Positions 49,273-59,413 are shown, counted from the stretch's first letter. The stretch: 64,000 nt of DNA from Oscillospiraceae bacterium (GCA_017469795.1 JAFUFT010000016.1:16555-80554), one strand, 5' to 3'. Made by a program: numbers and translations. The notes: a model not told the origin generated them from the letters alone.

Positions 49273-49341
49273 GGAAACTGCGGCACCGGGGCTTCCCCGG
49301 CCGCCCGGATATTTCAGCCAATTTCATAAGGAGGGTCTCTC

Positions 49342-50475
49342 ATGCGTAAAAAAGAGTGTATTGCTATGCTTCTGGCCGGAGGCCAGGGCAGCCGCCTTCT
49401 GGCACTGACCAAGAAAAACGCAAAACCTGCGGTGTCCTTCGGCGGCAAATATCGGATCATCGATTTCAGCCTCTCCAACTGCGTCTCCTCCGGGATTGAC
49501 ACAGTGGGCGTCCTGACCCAGTACAAGCCTTTGATCCTGAACGGATATCTGGGCAACGGCGAAGCCTGGGATCTCAACAGCAGCGACGGCGGCGTCCACG
49601 TGCTTCCGCCTTATGAAACAGAGAGCGGCGGCTCCTGGTATCTGGGCACAGCCGACGCCATCTATCACAACATCGATTTCATCGACAGCTATGACCCCGA
49701 GTACGTGCTGATCCTCTCCGGCGACCATCTGTACATGATGGACTACAGCAAGATGCTTGACGAGCACAAGCGGAACGAGGCTGACCTGACCGTCTCCGTC
49801 ATGACCGTTCCCTGGGACGAGGCAAGCCGCTTCGGCATCATGGAAGCCGACGAGGAGGGCCGCATCACCCAGTTCGTGGAGAAGCCCCCGGAGCCCAAGA
49901 GCAACCTTGCCTCCATGGGCATCTACATCTTCTCCTGGCCTGTTATGCGGCGGATGCTCCTGGCGGATCACGAGGACAAGTCCTCCTCCCACGATTTCGG
50001 CAAGAACATCATCCCCATGATGCTTGCGGAGCATCTGCGTCTGTTCGTCTACCGGTTCTCCGGCTACTGGAAGGATGTAGGCACCATCGACAGCTACTAC
50101 GGCGCCAACATGGAGCTGCTGGAGAAGGATCCCGCGCTGGATCTCTACGGCAAGAGCCGCATCTACTCCAACTCCAACATCTACCCGCCTCACTATGTGG
50201 GTCCCGCGGGCTCTGTGGACAAGAGCATCATCTCCAACGGCTGCAAGATTTTGGGTCGGGTGGAGCACAGCGTTCTCGGCTCCAACGTCACCGTAGGCGA
50301 GGGCGCGCTGGTGAAGGATTCCATCCTGCTGCCCGGCGCCACCGTGGAGCCCGGCGCCAGGGTCTATCGTGCCATCGTTTCCGAACGGGCCACGATCCTC
50401 TCCGGCACCACCTTTGGCACGGAAGACGAAACTGCGCCCATCTCCCTGCTGGGCGACGACATGAAAAACGCGTAA
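49342..50475 (+). CDS. glgC: glucose-1-phosphate adenylyltransferase, catalytic subunit
   Basis: The 377-aa ORF has the motifs [21 protein letters not shown] and [15 protein letters not shown] and a C-terminal left-handed beta-helix. Confidence 0.92.
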   Translation: MRKKECIAMLLAGGQGSRLLALTKKNAKPAVSFGGKYRIIDFSLSNCVSSGIDTVGVLTQYKPLILNGYLGNGEAWDLNSSDGGVHVLPPYETESGGSWYLGTADAIYHNIDFIDSYDPEYVLILSGDHLYMMDYSKMLDEHKRNEADLTVSVMTVPWDEASRFGIMEADEEGRITQFVEKPPEPKSNLASMGIYIFSWPVMRRMLLADHEDKSSSHDFGKNIIPMMLAEHLRLFVYRFSGYWKDVGTIDSYYGANMELLEKDPALDLYGKSRIYSNSNIYPPHYVGPAGSVDKSIISNGCKILGRVEHSVLGSNVTVGEGALVKDSILLPGATVEPGARVYRAIVSERATILSGTTFGTEDETAPISLLGDDMKNA

Positions 50476-50488
50476 GGAGGTATTCATC

Positions 50489-51616
50489 ATGGGCAATGTC
50501 ATTGGCGTTCTTTCTACCAACTATACCGGTGCGCACTACGGCGAGCTGATCGCCGATCGTCCCGTGGCGTCCATTCCCTTCGGCGGCCGCTACCGTCTGA
50601 TCGACTTCCCCCTCTCCTCCATGGTGAATTCCGGCATCGACACCGTCGGCGTGATCACGCCCAGCAACTACCGCTCCTTGGCGGACCATCTGAACATGGG
50701 CCGGGAATGGGGCCTGAACACCAAGCAGGGCGGCATGTTCCTCCTGCCCGGCGCGGCCCACGGCCTGCGGATGCCCAACGCCCGGTTCAGCCTCCGGGAC
50801 ATCATCCTGAACAAGGAGTTCTTCGAGCGCGCAGACGAGGAAACTGTGCTGATCTGCGCGGCCAACCGGATCTACAACATGGATTTCCGTCCGGCCATCG
50901 CCCAGCATGAGGCATCCGGCGCGGAGGTCACCATGATCTACAAGGTCCTCTCGGACAGCCGGACCGGCTCCGCCATGGGCCTGTTCCTGGATCTGGACGA
51001 GAACGGCCGGGTCACCGGAATCGATGACGCCTCCGTTCCCACCGGTCCCGTCAACATGGGCGGTGCGATCTTCCTGGACAGCATGCTCATCTCCCGTCAG
51101 CTGATTCTGGACTTCATCGACTGCTACGGCAATTTGGACTATGTGGATCTCACCGATATTCTCGCGGAGAATCTGGACCGGCTCCAGATCCACTCCTGGC
51201 AGTATGACGGCTATGAGCACGCGGTGGACCACGCCCAGGATTACCTGCTGGTGAGCCAGGACCTCCTGCGGCCGGAGATCCAGGAGGAGCTGTTCCCCGC
51301 GGACCGTCCCATCCTCACCAAGACCCAGGACTCTCCTCCCGCCAAGTATCTGCCCGGCGCCAGCGTGAAGAACTCCATGGTGGCCGCCAGCTGCATTCTG
51401 GCCGGCACGGTGGAAAACAGCATCCTCTTCCGGAACGTGACCATCGGCGAAGGCGCCGTGGTGAGAAACTGCGTGCTGATGCAGCACGTGGAGATCGGTC
51501 CCGGAGCCGTGGTGGAAAACCTGATCTGTGACAAGAACGCGTCCATCAGCGCCGGCGTCAAGCTCTCCGGCAGCAAGGACAAGCCCTTTGTCATCAGCAA
51601 ACGCCGGATCGTCTGA
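50489..51616 (+). CDS. glgD: glucose-1-phosphate adenylyltransferase, GlgD regulatory subunit
   Basis: The 375-aa paralogue lacks the GGxGxRL motif (PFGGRYRLIDFPLSSM is retained). It sits directly after glgC, as in the Firmicutes glgCD arrangement. Confidence 0.85.
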   Translation: MGNVIGVLSTNYTGAHYGELIADRPVASIPFGGRYRLIDFPLSSMVNSGIDTVGVITPSNYRSLADHLNMGREWGLNTKQGGMFLLPGAAHGLRMPNARFSLRDIILNKEFFERADEETVLICAANRIYNMDFRPAIAQHEASGAEVTMIYKVLSDSRTGSAMGLFLDLDENGRVTGIDDASVPTGPVNMGGAIFLDSMLISRQLILDFIDCYGNLDYVDLTDILAENLDRLQIHSWQYDGYEHAVDHAQDYLLVSQDLLRPEIQEELFPADRPILTKTQDSPPAKYLPGASVKNSMVAASCILAGTVENSILFRNVTIGEGAVVRNCVLMQHVEIGPGAVVENLICDKNASISAGVKLSGSKDKPFVISKRRIV

Positions 51617-51650
51617 TTCAGAGGCTCCGGTCATAAAGGAGTATTGAATT

Positions 51651-53090
51651 ATGGCTTATAAGAAAATCAACGTACTGTTCGCGTCCTTCGAGGCCACGCC
51701 CTTCATCAAGACCGGCGGTCTGGGCGACGTGGCGGGCAGTCTGCCCTCGGCGCTGCAGTACCCTGCCTGCGAGGTTCGGGTGATCCTTCCGAAACTCCGC
51801 CAGATCCCTCAACAGTATCACGACCAGATGCAGTTCCTTACGTCCTTCGGCGTACCGCTGGGCTGGCGCGTGCAGCACTGCGGCGTGTTCACCCTGAAGC
51901 TGGGCAAGATCCGCTATTACTTCCTGGACAACGAGTACTACTTCTACCGGGACAGCGCCTACGGCTATGGAGACGACTGCGAGCGCGTGGCGTACTTCTC
52001 CAAGGCGGTGCTCGAGTGCCTGCAGCACATCGACTTCCATCCGGACATCATCCACGCCAACGACTGGCACACTGCCCTGATCCCCGTGTTCTTGCGGGAG
52101 CAGTATCAGGGACTGGAGCTCTATGACCGGATCAAGACCGTCTACACCATTCACAACCTGAAATTCCAGGGCGTCTGCTGGCGGTTCTATCTGGGCGACA
52201 TCCTCGGCCTTGCAGGCTGCAAGAACGCGGAGGACCAGCTCAACTGGGATCGGGACGCCATCAACTTCATGCAGGGCGCTCTGTACTATTCCGATTACAT
52301 CACTACCGTCAGCCCCACCTACGCCCGGGAGATCTGCGGCAGCACCTTCGGCGAAGGCCTTGACGGCGTCCTGGCACAGCACCAGGACCGTCTGGAGGGC
52401 ATCCTCAACGGCATCGACACGGAAAAGTTCGACCCGCAAAAGGCTGCGTTCCCCTTCTCCGCTGCGGATATGTCCGGCAAGCGGGAATGCAAGGCCGCCC
52501 TTCAGCAGGAGCTGGGCCTGCCGGTACGGGACGATGCCCCGCTGGCCGTGCTGATCTCCCGGCTCACCGATCAGAAGGGCCTGGATCTGCTGGCCGGATG
52601 CCTGGGCAGCCTTCTGTACAACAACGTCCAGATCGCCATCCTCGGCACCGGCGACCCACACTACGAGGGAATGCTCTGCAACGCCGCCAACGCCAACGAG
52701 AACATGGCCATCCGGCTGGCCTTTGACGAGCCCCTGTCCCAGCGGATGTACGCCGGCGCGGACATGCTCCTGATGCCCTCCCTGTTTGAGCCCTGCGGCC
52801 TGAACCAGATGATCGCCATGGCCTACGGCACGCTGCCCATCGTCCGGGAAACCGGTGGCCTTCAGGACAGCGTCATCCCCTACAACCAGTTTACCGGCGA
52901 GGGCACCGGCTTCAGCTTCCGCGGCACCAGCGCCTGGGAGCTGGAAAACTGCGTGCTCACCGCCGCCCGGGTATTCTGGGACAACCGGGAACACTGGGAG
53001 GGTCTGCAGAAGCAGGCCATGGCCCAGGACTTCAGCTGGAAAAACAGCGCCAAAGCCTACCGGGCCATCTACCGCAAGATCCTGGCCTGA
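51651..53090 (+). CDS. glgA: glycogen synthase (ADP-glucose type, GT5)
   Basis: The 479-aa ORF has the motifs KTGGLGDVAGSLP, HANDWHTAL and EPCGLNQM. Confidence 0.92.
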   Translation: MAYKKINVLFASFEATPFIKTGGLGDVAGSLPSALQYPACEVRVILPKLRQIPQQYHDQMQFLTSFGVPLGWRVQHCGVFTLKLGKIRYYFLDNEYYFYRDSAYGYGDDCERVAYFSKAVLECLQHIDFHPDIIHANDWHTALIPVFLREQYQGLELYDRIKTVYTIHNLKFQGVCWRFYLGDILGLAGCKNAEDQLNWDRDAINFMQGALYYSDYITTVSPTYAREICGSTFGEGLDGVLAQHQDRLEGILNGIDTEKFDPQKAAFPFSAADMSGKRECKAALQQELGLPVRDDAPLAVLISRLTDQKGLDLLAGCLGSLLYNNVQIAILGTGDPHYEGMLCNAANANENMAIRLAFDEPLSQRMYAGADMLLMPSLFEPCGLNQMIAMAYGTLPIVRETGGLQDSVIPYNQFTGEGTGFSFRGTSAWELENCVLTAARVFWDNREHWEGLQKQAMAQDFSWKNSAKAYRAIYRKILA

Positions 53091-53104
53091 ACAAATCCAT
53101 ACCT

Positions 53105-53141
53105 CCCGCCCCCCGGCGGAATCGCCGGGGGGCGGGCTTTT
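53105..53141 (+). terminator. GC-rich hairpin/terminator after glgA
   Basis: A 14-bp stem CCCGCCCCCCGGCG-gaat-CGCCGGGGGGCGGG, followed by CTTTTACGAACTTTTTT. Confidence 0.65.
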
Positions 53142-53165
53142 ACGAACTTTTTTGGAGGAATATCC

Positions 53166-56100
53166 ATGCACCTGTATCATAATTCCCGCGAATCACGGTT
53201 CCGCATGCCCTTCGGCGCCGCACCCACCGGCGCGGAGGTCACCCTGTCCATTGAGGCCGAGGTGCCCCGGGGCACGGAGGTGCTTGTCCGGCTGTGGCAG
53301 TCCGGCGAGTCCCTCGTGCCCATGACGGAGACGGAACCGGGACTGTTCCGCTGCCGTTTCCAGGTCGCTCAGACGCCCGGCCTGCTGTGGTACTATTTCC
53401 TGATCCGGACGCCGGAGGGGATCTGCTACTACGGAAAGACGGAGGACAGCCGCGGCGGAGCAGGCGCCCTTTCCTGGACGCCGCCGGAATCCTGGCAGAT
53501 CACCGTCTATGAACCTGTGCCTCTTCCGGACTGGTACGGAAACGCGGTGGCCTATCAGATCTTCCCGGAGCGGTTCCACCGGGGTGCCGACTGGCAGCAG
53601 CGGCAGGCGGACGCCGCCCATCCGGAGGGATGGAAGGGCACCCGGCGCATGGTGATGCAGGACTGGAACGACACGCCCTTCTACTGCAAGGACCCGGAGG
53701 GGAAAGTGGTACGCTGGCCCTTTTTCGGCGGCACCCTGGAGGGCATCCGGGAAAAACTGCCCTACCTGCGCTCCATGGGGATTGGCGTGCTATACCTCAA
53801 TCCCATCTTCCTGGCCTCCAGCAATCACAAGTACGACACCGCCGACTATCTAAAGATCGATCCGGGCTTCGGCGACGAGGAGAGCTTTTCCCGGCTGTGC
53901 CGGGAGGCGGAGGCCGTCGGGATCCGGCTCCTGCTGGACGGCGTGTTCAGCCACACCGGCGACGACAGCATCTATTTCAACCGGTTCGGCAACTACCCGG
54001 AGCCCGGCGCCTACGCCCGCAGCGGCAGTCCCTATGACCGCTGGTACCGGTTCGGGACCATGGAGCCCTGCGGCTACGAGTGCTGGTGGGGGGTGGACTC
54101 CCTGCCCAACGTGGAGGAGGAAAACCCGGAGTATCAGGACCTGATCTGCGGAGAGGATGGAGTGATCCGGAAATGGCTGCGGCTGGGCGCTTCCGGCTGG
54201 CGGCTGGATGTGGCGGACGAGCTCCCCGACGATTTTATCCAGAAGATCCGTCAGGCCGAGCATGCGGAAAAGGATGACGCGCTGCTGCTGGGGGAGGTCT
54301 GGGAGGACGCCACCAACAAAGTCAGCTACAACACCCTGCGGGAGTACCTGCTGGGCTCGGAGCTGGACTGCACCATGCACTATCCCTTCCGGACCGCGGC
54401 GCTGGAGTTCCTGTTGGGGACCCGGTCTGCGGAGGAATACGCCGAGGCCATGGAGGCCATTCGGGAGAACTATCCCCCCTCGGCCTTCTACGGGGCGCTG
54501 AACCTGATCGGTACCCACGACACGCCCCGGATCCTGACGGTGCTCGGGGAGGCGCCGGAGGGACTCCCTGCCGGAGAGCAGGAGGTCTTTCGTCTGGTGC
54601 CGGAGCAGCGGGATCTGGCCAAAAAACGGCTCCGCCTGCTGCAGGCCCTGCAGTTCACCTCCCCCGGCGTCCCCTGCGTCTACTACGGCGACGAGGCCGG
54701 CATGGAGGGCTTTGCGGATCCCTTCAACCGCGGCACCTTCCCCTGGGGAAAGGAAGATCTGGAGATCACCGGCTGGGTCCGTCAGCTCAGCCACCTCCGG
54801 CAGGAGTACCCGGTCCTGGTCCGGGGCGGCGTTTCCTACCGGACTCCGGAGAAGGACGTTCTGATCATGACCCGAACCCTGGACGATGCCCAGGCCGTAG
54901 TCCTGATCAACCGGGGCGCAGCCGGCGTCACGCTCCCCTGGGACGGGATGTGCCGGATGGATCTGCTGACAAGCCGCGTTGATACCGGAAAAACCCTGGA
55001 GCTTCCGCCCATGACGGTGCGGATCCTCTATCGGGAAGGCGCCGATCCAGAGGTCTTTTCCCCGCTGCCCGCCGCCGCAAAAACTCCTTCCGGCCGGGGA
55101 CTGCTGTGCCCGCTGTTCTCTCTTCCCGGCAAGCAGAGCGTCGGTACGCTGCGGGATGCGCTGGACTTCCTGGACGTGGTGAAAGCCGCCGGATACAGCG
55201 GCTGGATGCTGCTTCCCCTTTGTCCTGTGGGCATCGGCAACTCTCCCTATTCCAGTCTCTGCGTCTTTGCCGGAGATCCCCGGCTCATTGACCCGGACTG
55301 GGCGGTGGATATGGACGGATTCGACGCCTTCTGCAGGGAGAACGACTGGTGGCTTGCGGATTACGCCCTCTTCCAGGTCTTGCACGATCGCCACGGCACC
55401 GGCTGGCAGCAGTGGCCCAAAGCGGAACGGGACCGGGAGGATCTGCCCGGCCTGCGGAGCCGGCACGCCGAGGCCATCCACGCCGTCATGGAGACGCAAT
55501 ACCGGTTTTACGCCCAATGGTCCGCTGTGCGGAAAAAGGCTGCCGGACTGGGCATCGACCTGATCGGAGACATTCCGATCTACGCGGCGGTGGACAGCGC
55601 AGAGACCTGGTCCTGCCGGGAGCAGTTCCAGCTGGACGAGACCGGCTTCCCCGCCCAGCGCGCCGGCTGTCCCCCGGACTATTTCTCTCCGGACGGACAG
55701 GATTGGGGCAATCCCGTTTACAACTGGCCTCAGATGCGCGCCGACGGCTATCAGTGGTGGAAGCGGCGGCTCCGGCAGGCCTTCCAAAACTTTGACTATG
55801 TGCGGCTGGACCATTTCCGCTCCTTTGCCGCATACTACTCCATCCCCTCAGACAAGACCGCCAAGGAGGGCAACTGGATCAAGGGCGCGGGCATTGCGTT
55901 TTTCCGGGCCATGGTGGAAGAATTTGGCGCCCTGCCCATGGTGGCGGAGGATCTGGGCACGCTGGACGATTCCGTCTACGTGCTGCTGCGGCACACCGGC
56001 CTTTCCGGCATGAACGTCTGGCAGTTCTCCGCCCACGAGCTGCCCCATATGGAACCGGAAGTTCTGGCCCACCGTGTGCTGTTCTCCGGCACCCACGACA

Positions 56101-56342
56101 ATCAGACGCTTCGGGGGTTCCTGGAGGACCAGGGCATCGAAAAGGCGCCTCAGGCAGTGCTCACCGAGCTGCTGGCCATGCCTGCGGCGGCGGCGATCCT
56201 GCCGGTACAGGACGTGCTGGGCCTGGACGACACAGCCCGGATCAACGTGCCGGGCGTGGCGGAGGGCAACTGGACCTGGCGCATGACGAAGGAACAGCTC
56301 TCGGAGCTCCGCCGCGGCGGGATCCTGACGGACGACATATAA
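53166..56342 (+). CDS. bifunctional GH13 alpha-glucosidase/neopullulanase-like domain fused to a GH77 4-alpha-glucanotransferase (MalQ) domain
   Basis: The ORF is 1058 aa. The N-terminal ~640 aa carry GH13 regions I-IV (DGVFSHTG, GWRLDVADE, GEVWED, LIGTHD). From about nt 55090 the sequence is MalQ-like (LFSLPGKQSVGTL, LLPLCPVGIGNSPYSS, LIGDIPIY, VRLDHFRSF, VAEDLG, SGTHDN). Confidence 0.85.
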   Translation: MHLYHNSRESRFRMPFGAAPTGAEVTLSIEAEVPRGTEVLVRLWQSGESLVPMTETEPGLFRCRFQVAQTPGLLWYYFLIRTPEGICYYGKTEDSRGGAGALSWTPPESWQITVYEPVPLPDWYGNAVAYQIFPERFHRGADWQQRQADAAHPEGWKGTRRMVMQDWNDTPFYCKDPEGKVVRWPFFGGTLEGIREKLPYLRSMGIGVLYLNPIFLASSNHKYDTADYLKIDPGFGDEESFSRLCREAEAVGIRLLLDGVFSHTGDDSIYFNRFGNYPEPGAYARSGSPYDRWYRFGTMEPCGYECWWGVDSLPNVEEENPEYQDLICGEDGVIRKWLRLGASGWRLDVADELPDDFIQKIRQAEHAEKDDALLLGEVWEDATNKVSYNTLREYLLGSELDCTMHYPFRTAALEFLLGTRSAEEYAEAMEAIRENYPPSAFYGALNLIGTHDTPRILTVLGEAPEGLPAGEQEVFRLVPEQRDLAKKRLRLLQALQFTSPGVPCVYYGDEAGMEGFADPFNRGTFPWGKEDLEITGWVRQLSHLRQEYPVLVRGGVSYRTPEKDVLIMTRTLDDAQAVVLINRGAAGVTLPWDGMCRMDLLTSRVDTGKTLELPPMTVRILYREGADPEVFSPLPAAAKTPSGRGLLCPLFSLPGKQSVGTLRDALDFLDVVKAAGYSGWMLLPLCPVGIGNSPYSSLCVFAGDPRLIDPDWAVDMDGFDAFCRENDWWLADYALFQVLHDRHGTGWQQWPKAERDREDLPGLRSRHAEAIHAVMETQYRFYAQWSAVRKKAAGLGIDLIGDIPIYAAVDSAETWSCREQFQLDETGFPAQRAGCPPDYFSPDGQDWGNPVYNWPQMRADGYQWWKRRLRQAFQNFDYVRLDHFRSFAAYYSIPSDKTAKEGNWIKGAGIAFFRAMVEEFGALPMVAEDLGTLDDSVYVLLRHTGLSGMNVWQFSAHELPHMEPEVLAHRVLFSGTHDNQTLRGFLEDQGIEKAPQAVLTELLAMPAAAAILPVQDVLGLDDTARINVPGVAEGNWTWRMTKEQLSELRRGGILTDDI

Positions 56343-56376
56343 AAAAGGACGCACCACAGGGTGCGTCCTTTTCTTT
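56343..56376. terminator. bidirectional intrinsic terminator (fusion gene / rplT)
   Basis: AAAAGGACGCACC-acag-GGTGCGTCCTTTT, with an A run upstream and a T run downstream. Confidence 0.8.
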
Positions 56377-56387
56377 CGTTTCGGAAA

Positions 56388-56744
56388 TCAGTTCAGCGCG
56401 TTCTTCGCGGTCTCCACCAGCGCGCCGAAAGCGGCGGCGTCATGGATGGCCAGCTCGGAGAGCATCTTGCGGTTCATGTCGATGCCGGCCTTCTTCAGAC
56501 CGTTCATGAACCGGGAGTAGTTGATGCCGTAGGGCTTCACGGCGGCAGAGATCCGGGCGATCCACAGCTTCCGGAAGTCGCGCTTCTTGGCGCGGCGGTC
56601 ACGGAACGCGTAGTTGCCGGACTTCATCACGGCCTCTTTGGCCATCTTGAAATGCTTGGATTTGCTGCCCCAATAGCCCTTCGCGAGCTTCAGGACCTTA
56701 TTGCGTCTTTTGCGCGTCATCATTGCGCCTTTTACTCTAGCCAT
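56388..56744 (-). CDS. rplT: 50S ribosomal protein L20
   Basis: The 118-aa ORF reads [29 protein letters not shown].... Confidence 0.95.
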   Translation of the reverse strand: MARVKGAMMTRKRRNKVLKLAKGYWGSKSKHFKMAKEAVMKSGNYAFRDRRAKKRDFRKLWIARISAAVKPYGINYSRFMNGLKKAGIDMNRKMLSELAIHDAAAFGALVETAKNALN

Positions 56745-56783
56745 TTATATAATCCTCCTTGAAGTGTAAAGCGTAGTTATTTC

Positions 56784-56984
56784 TTATTTGTAGGGAATGA
56801 GCTCTTTGATCGCCGCGACATTGGTCTTGTCGGCATAGCCGCCATGACGCAGACGACGAGTCCGCTTGGTTTCCTTCTTGGTGAGGATGTGGCTCTTGAA
56901 GGCGCAGGCCTTCTTGACCTTGCCGGTCTTGGTGAGCTTGAAACGCTTCTTTGCACCGGAGTGCGTCTTGATCTTGTTCGCCAT
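56784..56984 (-). CDS. rpmI: 50S ribosomal protein L35
   Basis: I trimmed the start to [24 protein letters not shown] at 56984 (66 aa). The rest of the track ORF is a spurious extension into infC. Confidence 0.92.
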   Translation of the reverse strand: MANKIKTHSGAKKRFKLTKTGKVKKACAFKSHILTKKETKRTRRLRHGGYADKTNVAAIKELIPYK

Positions 56985-57019
56985 AATGGTGTGACTCCTT
57001 CCGTATGATAAAGGGTATT

Positions 57020-57541
57020 TTACTTGCTCTGGGGTTTGGGGCCGAGGAACATGGACATATGCCGTCCATCCAGCTTCGCGTTCTTTTCTACGTTGGCGAT
57101 GTCGCTGCACGCCTCGCTAAACTGCACCAGCAGATTCCGGCCGATATCGGTGTGAGCCATCTCACGGCCGCGGAACCGCACCGTCACCTTGACGCGATTG
57201 CCGTCCTTCAGGAACTTCTGTGCGTTCTTGACCTTGACGTTGAAATCGCCGATGTCGATGCCGGGGGACATACGGATCTCCTTGACCTCAGTTACATGCT
57301 GATTCTTCTTGGCTTCTTTCTCTTTTTTGGACTGCTCGAAGCGGAACTTGCCATAGTCGATGATCTTGCACACCGGAGGGGTGGCGTTGGGCGCGATCTT
57401 CACCAGATCCAGTCCCTGATCGTAGGCCATGTCCAGAGCGGTCTTGGGAGCCATAATGCCAAGCTGTTCACCATTGGAACCGATGACACGGATTTCCTTA
57501 TCTCTGATGTCCTCATTGAGCTGATGGTCTTGTTTGCTGAT
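57020..57541 (-). CDS. infC: translation initiation factor IF-3, probable non-AUG (AUC) start
   Basis: IF-3 sequence is present ([29 protein letters not shown]...[17 protein letters not shown]). GGAGGUG lies 6 nt upstream of the AUC codon at 57541. The in-frame AUG at 57559 has no SD. An atypical start codon is the known basis of infC autoregulation. Confidence 0.88.
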   Translation of the reverse strand: MSKQDHQLNEDIRDKEIRVIGSNGEQLGIMAPKTALDMAYDQGLDLVKIAPNATPPVCKIIDYGKFRFEQSKKEKEAKKNQHVTEVKEIRMSPGIDIGDFNVKVKNAQKFLKDGNRVKVTVRFRGREMAHTDIGRNLLVQFSEACSDIANVEKNAKLDGRHMSMFLGPKPQSK

Positions 57542-57558
57542 ATGAAACACCTCCAACA

Positions 57559-57687
57559 TAAAAAACGGATGCCGCAACGGCACCCGCAACAATACACGAT
57601 GATCCCATGAGATCTCATGCCTATCTACCGCTTCGCTTTGCTTGCGGTGAGGGCGGGGCCGCCGCTCCTACTTCCTTTTGCCCGGTG
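57559..57687 (-). promoter_or_regulatory. L20-type ribosomal-protein leader with attenuator upstream of infC-rpmI-rplT
   Basis: A structured leader of about 120 nt lies between the promoter and infC. It ends in GGGUGCCG-uug-CGGCAUCC (57567-57585) plus GUUUUUU, directly before the infC RBS. This arrangement matches the Firmicutes L20 leader. I did not verify the L20-binding fold itself. Confidence 0.6.
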
Positions 57688-57716
57688 ATTATAGCATGGT
57701 TTCCCCGGAATGTCAA
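57688..57716 (-). promoter_or_regulatory. consensus sigma-A promoter of the infC operon
   Basis: The minus strand reads TTGACA (RC of 57711-57716), a 17-nt spacer, then TATAAT (RC of 57688-57693). Confidence 0.65.
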
Positions 57717-57780
57717 CAGGAAAAAGCTGTTTTCTTTTTCCGTTTCCTGTGGTAAGATACCGGGGAACGGAGGGATTTGC

Positions 57781-58446
57781 ATGGATCTCAAAGAAACCGG
57801 TTCCTGGGCCTCATTTCTGTCCTGCGAAACGGAACAACCATATTGGCCGGAACTTTGCCGGAGGGTGGAAACGGCCTATGAAACCGCCGCCGTCTATCCG
57901 CCCCGGGAGGCCCTGTTCGCGGCCTTCCGGCTGACCCCGCCGGAGCAGGTCCGGGTAGTGATCCTGGGGCAGGATCCCTATCACGAGCCTGGCCAGGCCA
58001 TGGGGCTGAGCTTTTCGGTGCCGGAGGGCACGGTGCTGCCGAAGTCCCTACAGAATATCTATAAGGAGCTGTCCGCCGATCTGGAACAGGCGCCGCCGGA
58101 AACCGGCGACCTGACGGCCTGGGCAAGGCAGGGCGTGTTCCTCCTGAATTCCGTTCTGACGGTGGAAGCCCACAGGGCCGGCAGCCACCGCTCTTTCGGC
58201 TGGGAGAAATTCACGGACGCAGTGATCGCCGCCACGAACGCCCTTCCCCAGCCCATCGCCTTCCTGCTCTGGGGCAGCTACGCCATCAAAAAGGAAGCTC
58301 TGATCGACACCAATGCACCCCGGCTGGTGCTGACCTCCGTCCACCCGAGCCCCCTGTCGGCCTACCGTGGGTTCTTTGGCTCCCGGCCCTTTTCCAAAAT
58401 CAACGATTTCCTCACGGAACAGGGGCAGGCCCCCGTCAACTGGTAA
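57781..58446 (+). CDS. ung: uracil-DNA glycosylase (family 1)
   Basis: I trimmed the start to MDLKETGSW at 57781. The ORF has the motifs VVILGQDPYH, GVFLLNSVLTV and HPSPLSA. Confidence 0.9.
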   Translation: MDLKETGSWASFLSCETEQPYWPELCRRVETAYETAAVYPPREALFAAFRLTPPEQVRVVILGQDPYHEPGQAMGLSFSVPEGTVLPKSLQNIYKELSADLEQAPPETGDLTAWARQGVFLLNSVLTVEAHRAGSHRSFGWEKFTDAVIAATNALPQPIAFLLWGSYAIKKEALIDTNAPRLVLTSVHPSPLSAYRGFFGSRPFSKINDFLTEQGQAPVNW

Positions 58447-58447
58447 A

Positions 58448-58480
58448 AACCAGCGGAACGCAGGCTGCGTTCCGCTGGTT
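58448..58480. terminator. hairpin between convergent ung and hydrolase genes
   Basis: AACCAGCGGAACGCA-ggc-TGCGTTCCGCTGGTT. A run of A is present only on the left side, which gives a U tract for the minus-strand gene. Confidence 0.6.
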
Positions 58481-58486
58481 GTCTGT

Positions 58487-59413
58487 TCAGATTCTGGCGT
58501 CGCACCAGGCGATGAGATCCCGGAAAACCTCGTCCTTGTTCAGCTCGTTGTGCATCTCATGCCGTCCCTGGGGATAGAGCCGCATGGTCACGTCCTCCAG
58601 ATTGGCATCCCGCAGCAGCTGCTCCACCGCCCGGACGCCCTTGCCGTACTCGCCCACCGGATCCATATCGCCGGAGTACACATACACCGGCAGATCCTTC
58701 CGGAGATGTTCCGCCCACTCCGGCGTGTTCACGTGCACATGGGCCGTGAGCATATCCCGGAAAGCGGACACCGTAAAGGGGAATGTACATTTGGGATCCT
58801 TGTCATAGGCCTCCCAGACTGCCGGATCCCGACTGAGCCAGACATTTTTGGACCGGGCGTCCTCAATTCCCTTGGAATAGGAGCCCATGCTGGCGTTGAC
58901 CATAAAGCCGGACACATATCTGGGCCCCTTGATCTTCGAAAATCCGCTGGCCATGGCCTTGCCCATCTTCATCAGCGCGCCGGGTCCGCCGGTGCCGCTG
59001 ATGACCAGCGCGTCCAGCGCGTCCGGATATTTCTCCGCAAACCACCGGCCGAAAAAGCTGCCCATGCTGTGGCCCAGCAGGATCAGCTGAAGTCCCGGCC
59101 ATTTCTCCCGGGCCAGAGCGTTCATCGTATGCAGATCCTGCAGCACCAGCTTGTAGCCGTCCCGCTCGGCAAAAAAGCCCCAGTCCTTCGGGTCGCCGGT
59201 GGAACCGTGTCCCAGATGGTCGTTGCCGCAGACCGCGTATCCCGCGCCGCACAGCACGTCGATCATCGGCTCATACCGCTCCACATACTCGCACATTCCG
59301 TGGCTGATCTGAATGATGGCCTTGGGCGTTTCCGGCGCGTAATAATAACCGGCCACCTGTGTTTTCCCGTCCGCGGACAGGAAGCGAATGGTCTCTTTGG
59401 TATAATTCGGCAT
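58487..59413 (-). CDS. alpha/beta hydrolase (lysophospholipase/monoacylglycerol-lipase-like)
   Basis: I trimmed the start to MPNYTKETIRF at 59413, after GAAGGAGG. The ORF has HGMCEY..., the nucleophile elbow GHSMGS, and a C-terminal Asp/His region. Confidence 0.85.
   Translation of the reverse strand: MPNYTKETIRFLSADGKTQVAGYYYAPETPKAIIQISHGMCEYVERYEPMIDVLCGAGYAVCGNDHLGHGSTGDPKDWGFFAERDGYKLVLQDLHTMNALAREKWPGLQLILLGHSMGSFFGRWFAEKYPDALDALVISGTGGPGALMKMGKAMASGFSKIKGPRYVSGFMVNASMGSYSKGIEDARSKNVWLSRDPAVWEAYDKDPKCTFPFTVSAFRDMLTAHVHVNTPEWAEHLRKDLPVYVYSGDMDPVGEYGKGVRAVEQLLRDANLEDVTMRLYPQGRHEMHNELNKDEVFRDLIAWCDARI

Noticed and set aside
49273-49341. The CCGGGG-ctt-CCCCGG hairpin between glgP and glgC as a terminator.
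   Set aside because: It is a short stem without a following U tract. It is more likely just an intercistronic structure, because glgC has its own strong RBS and the operon appears continuous.
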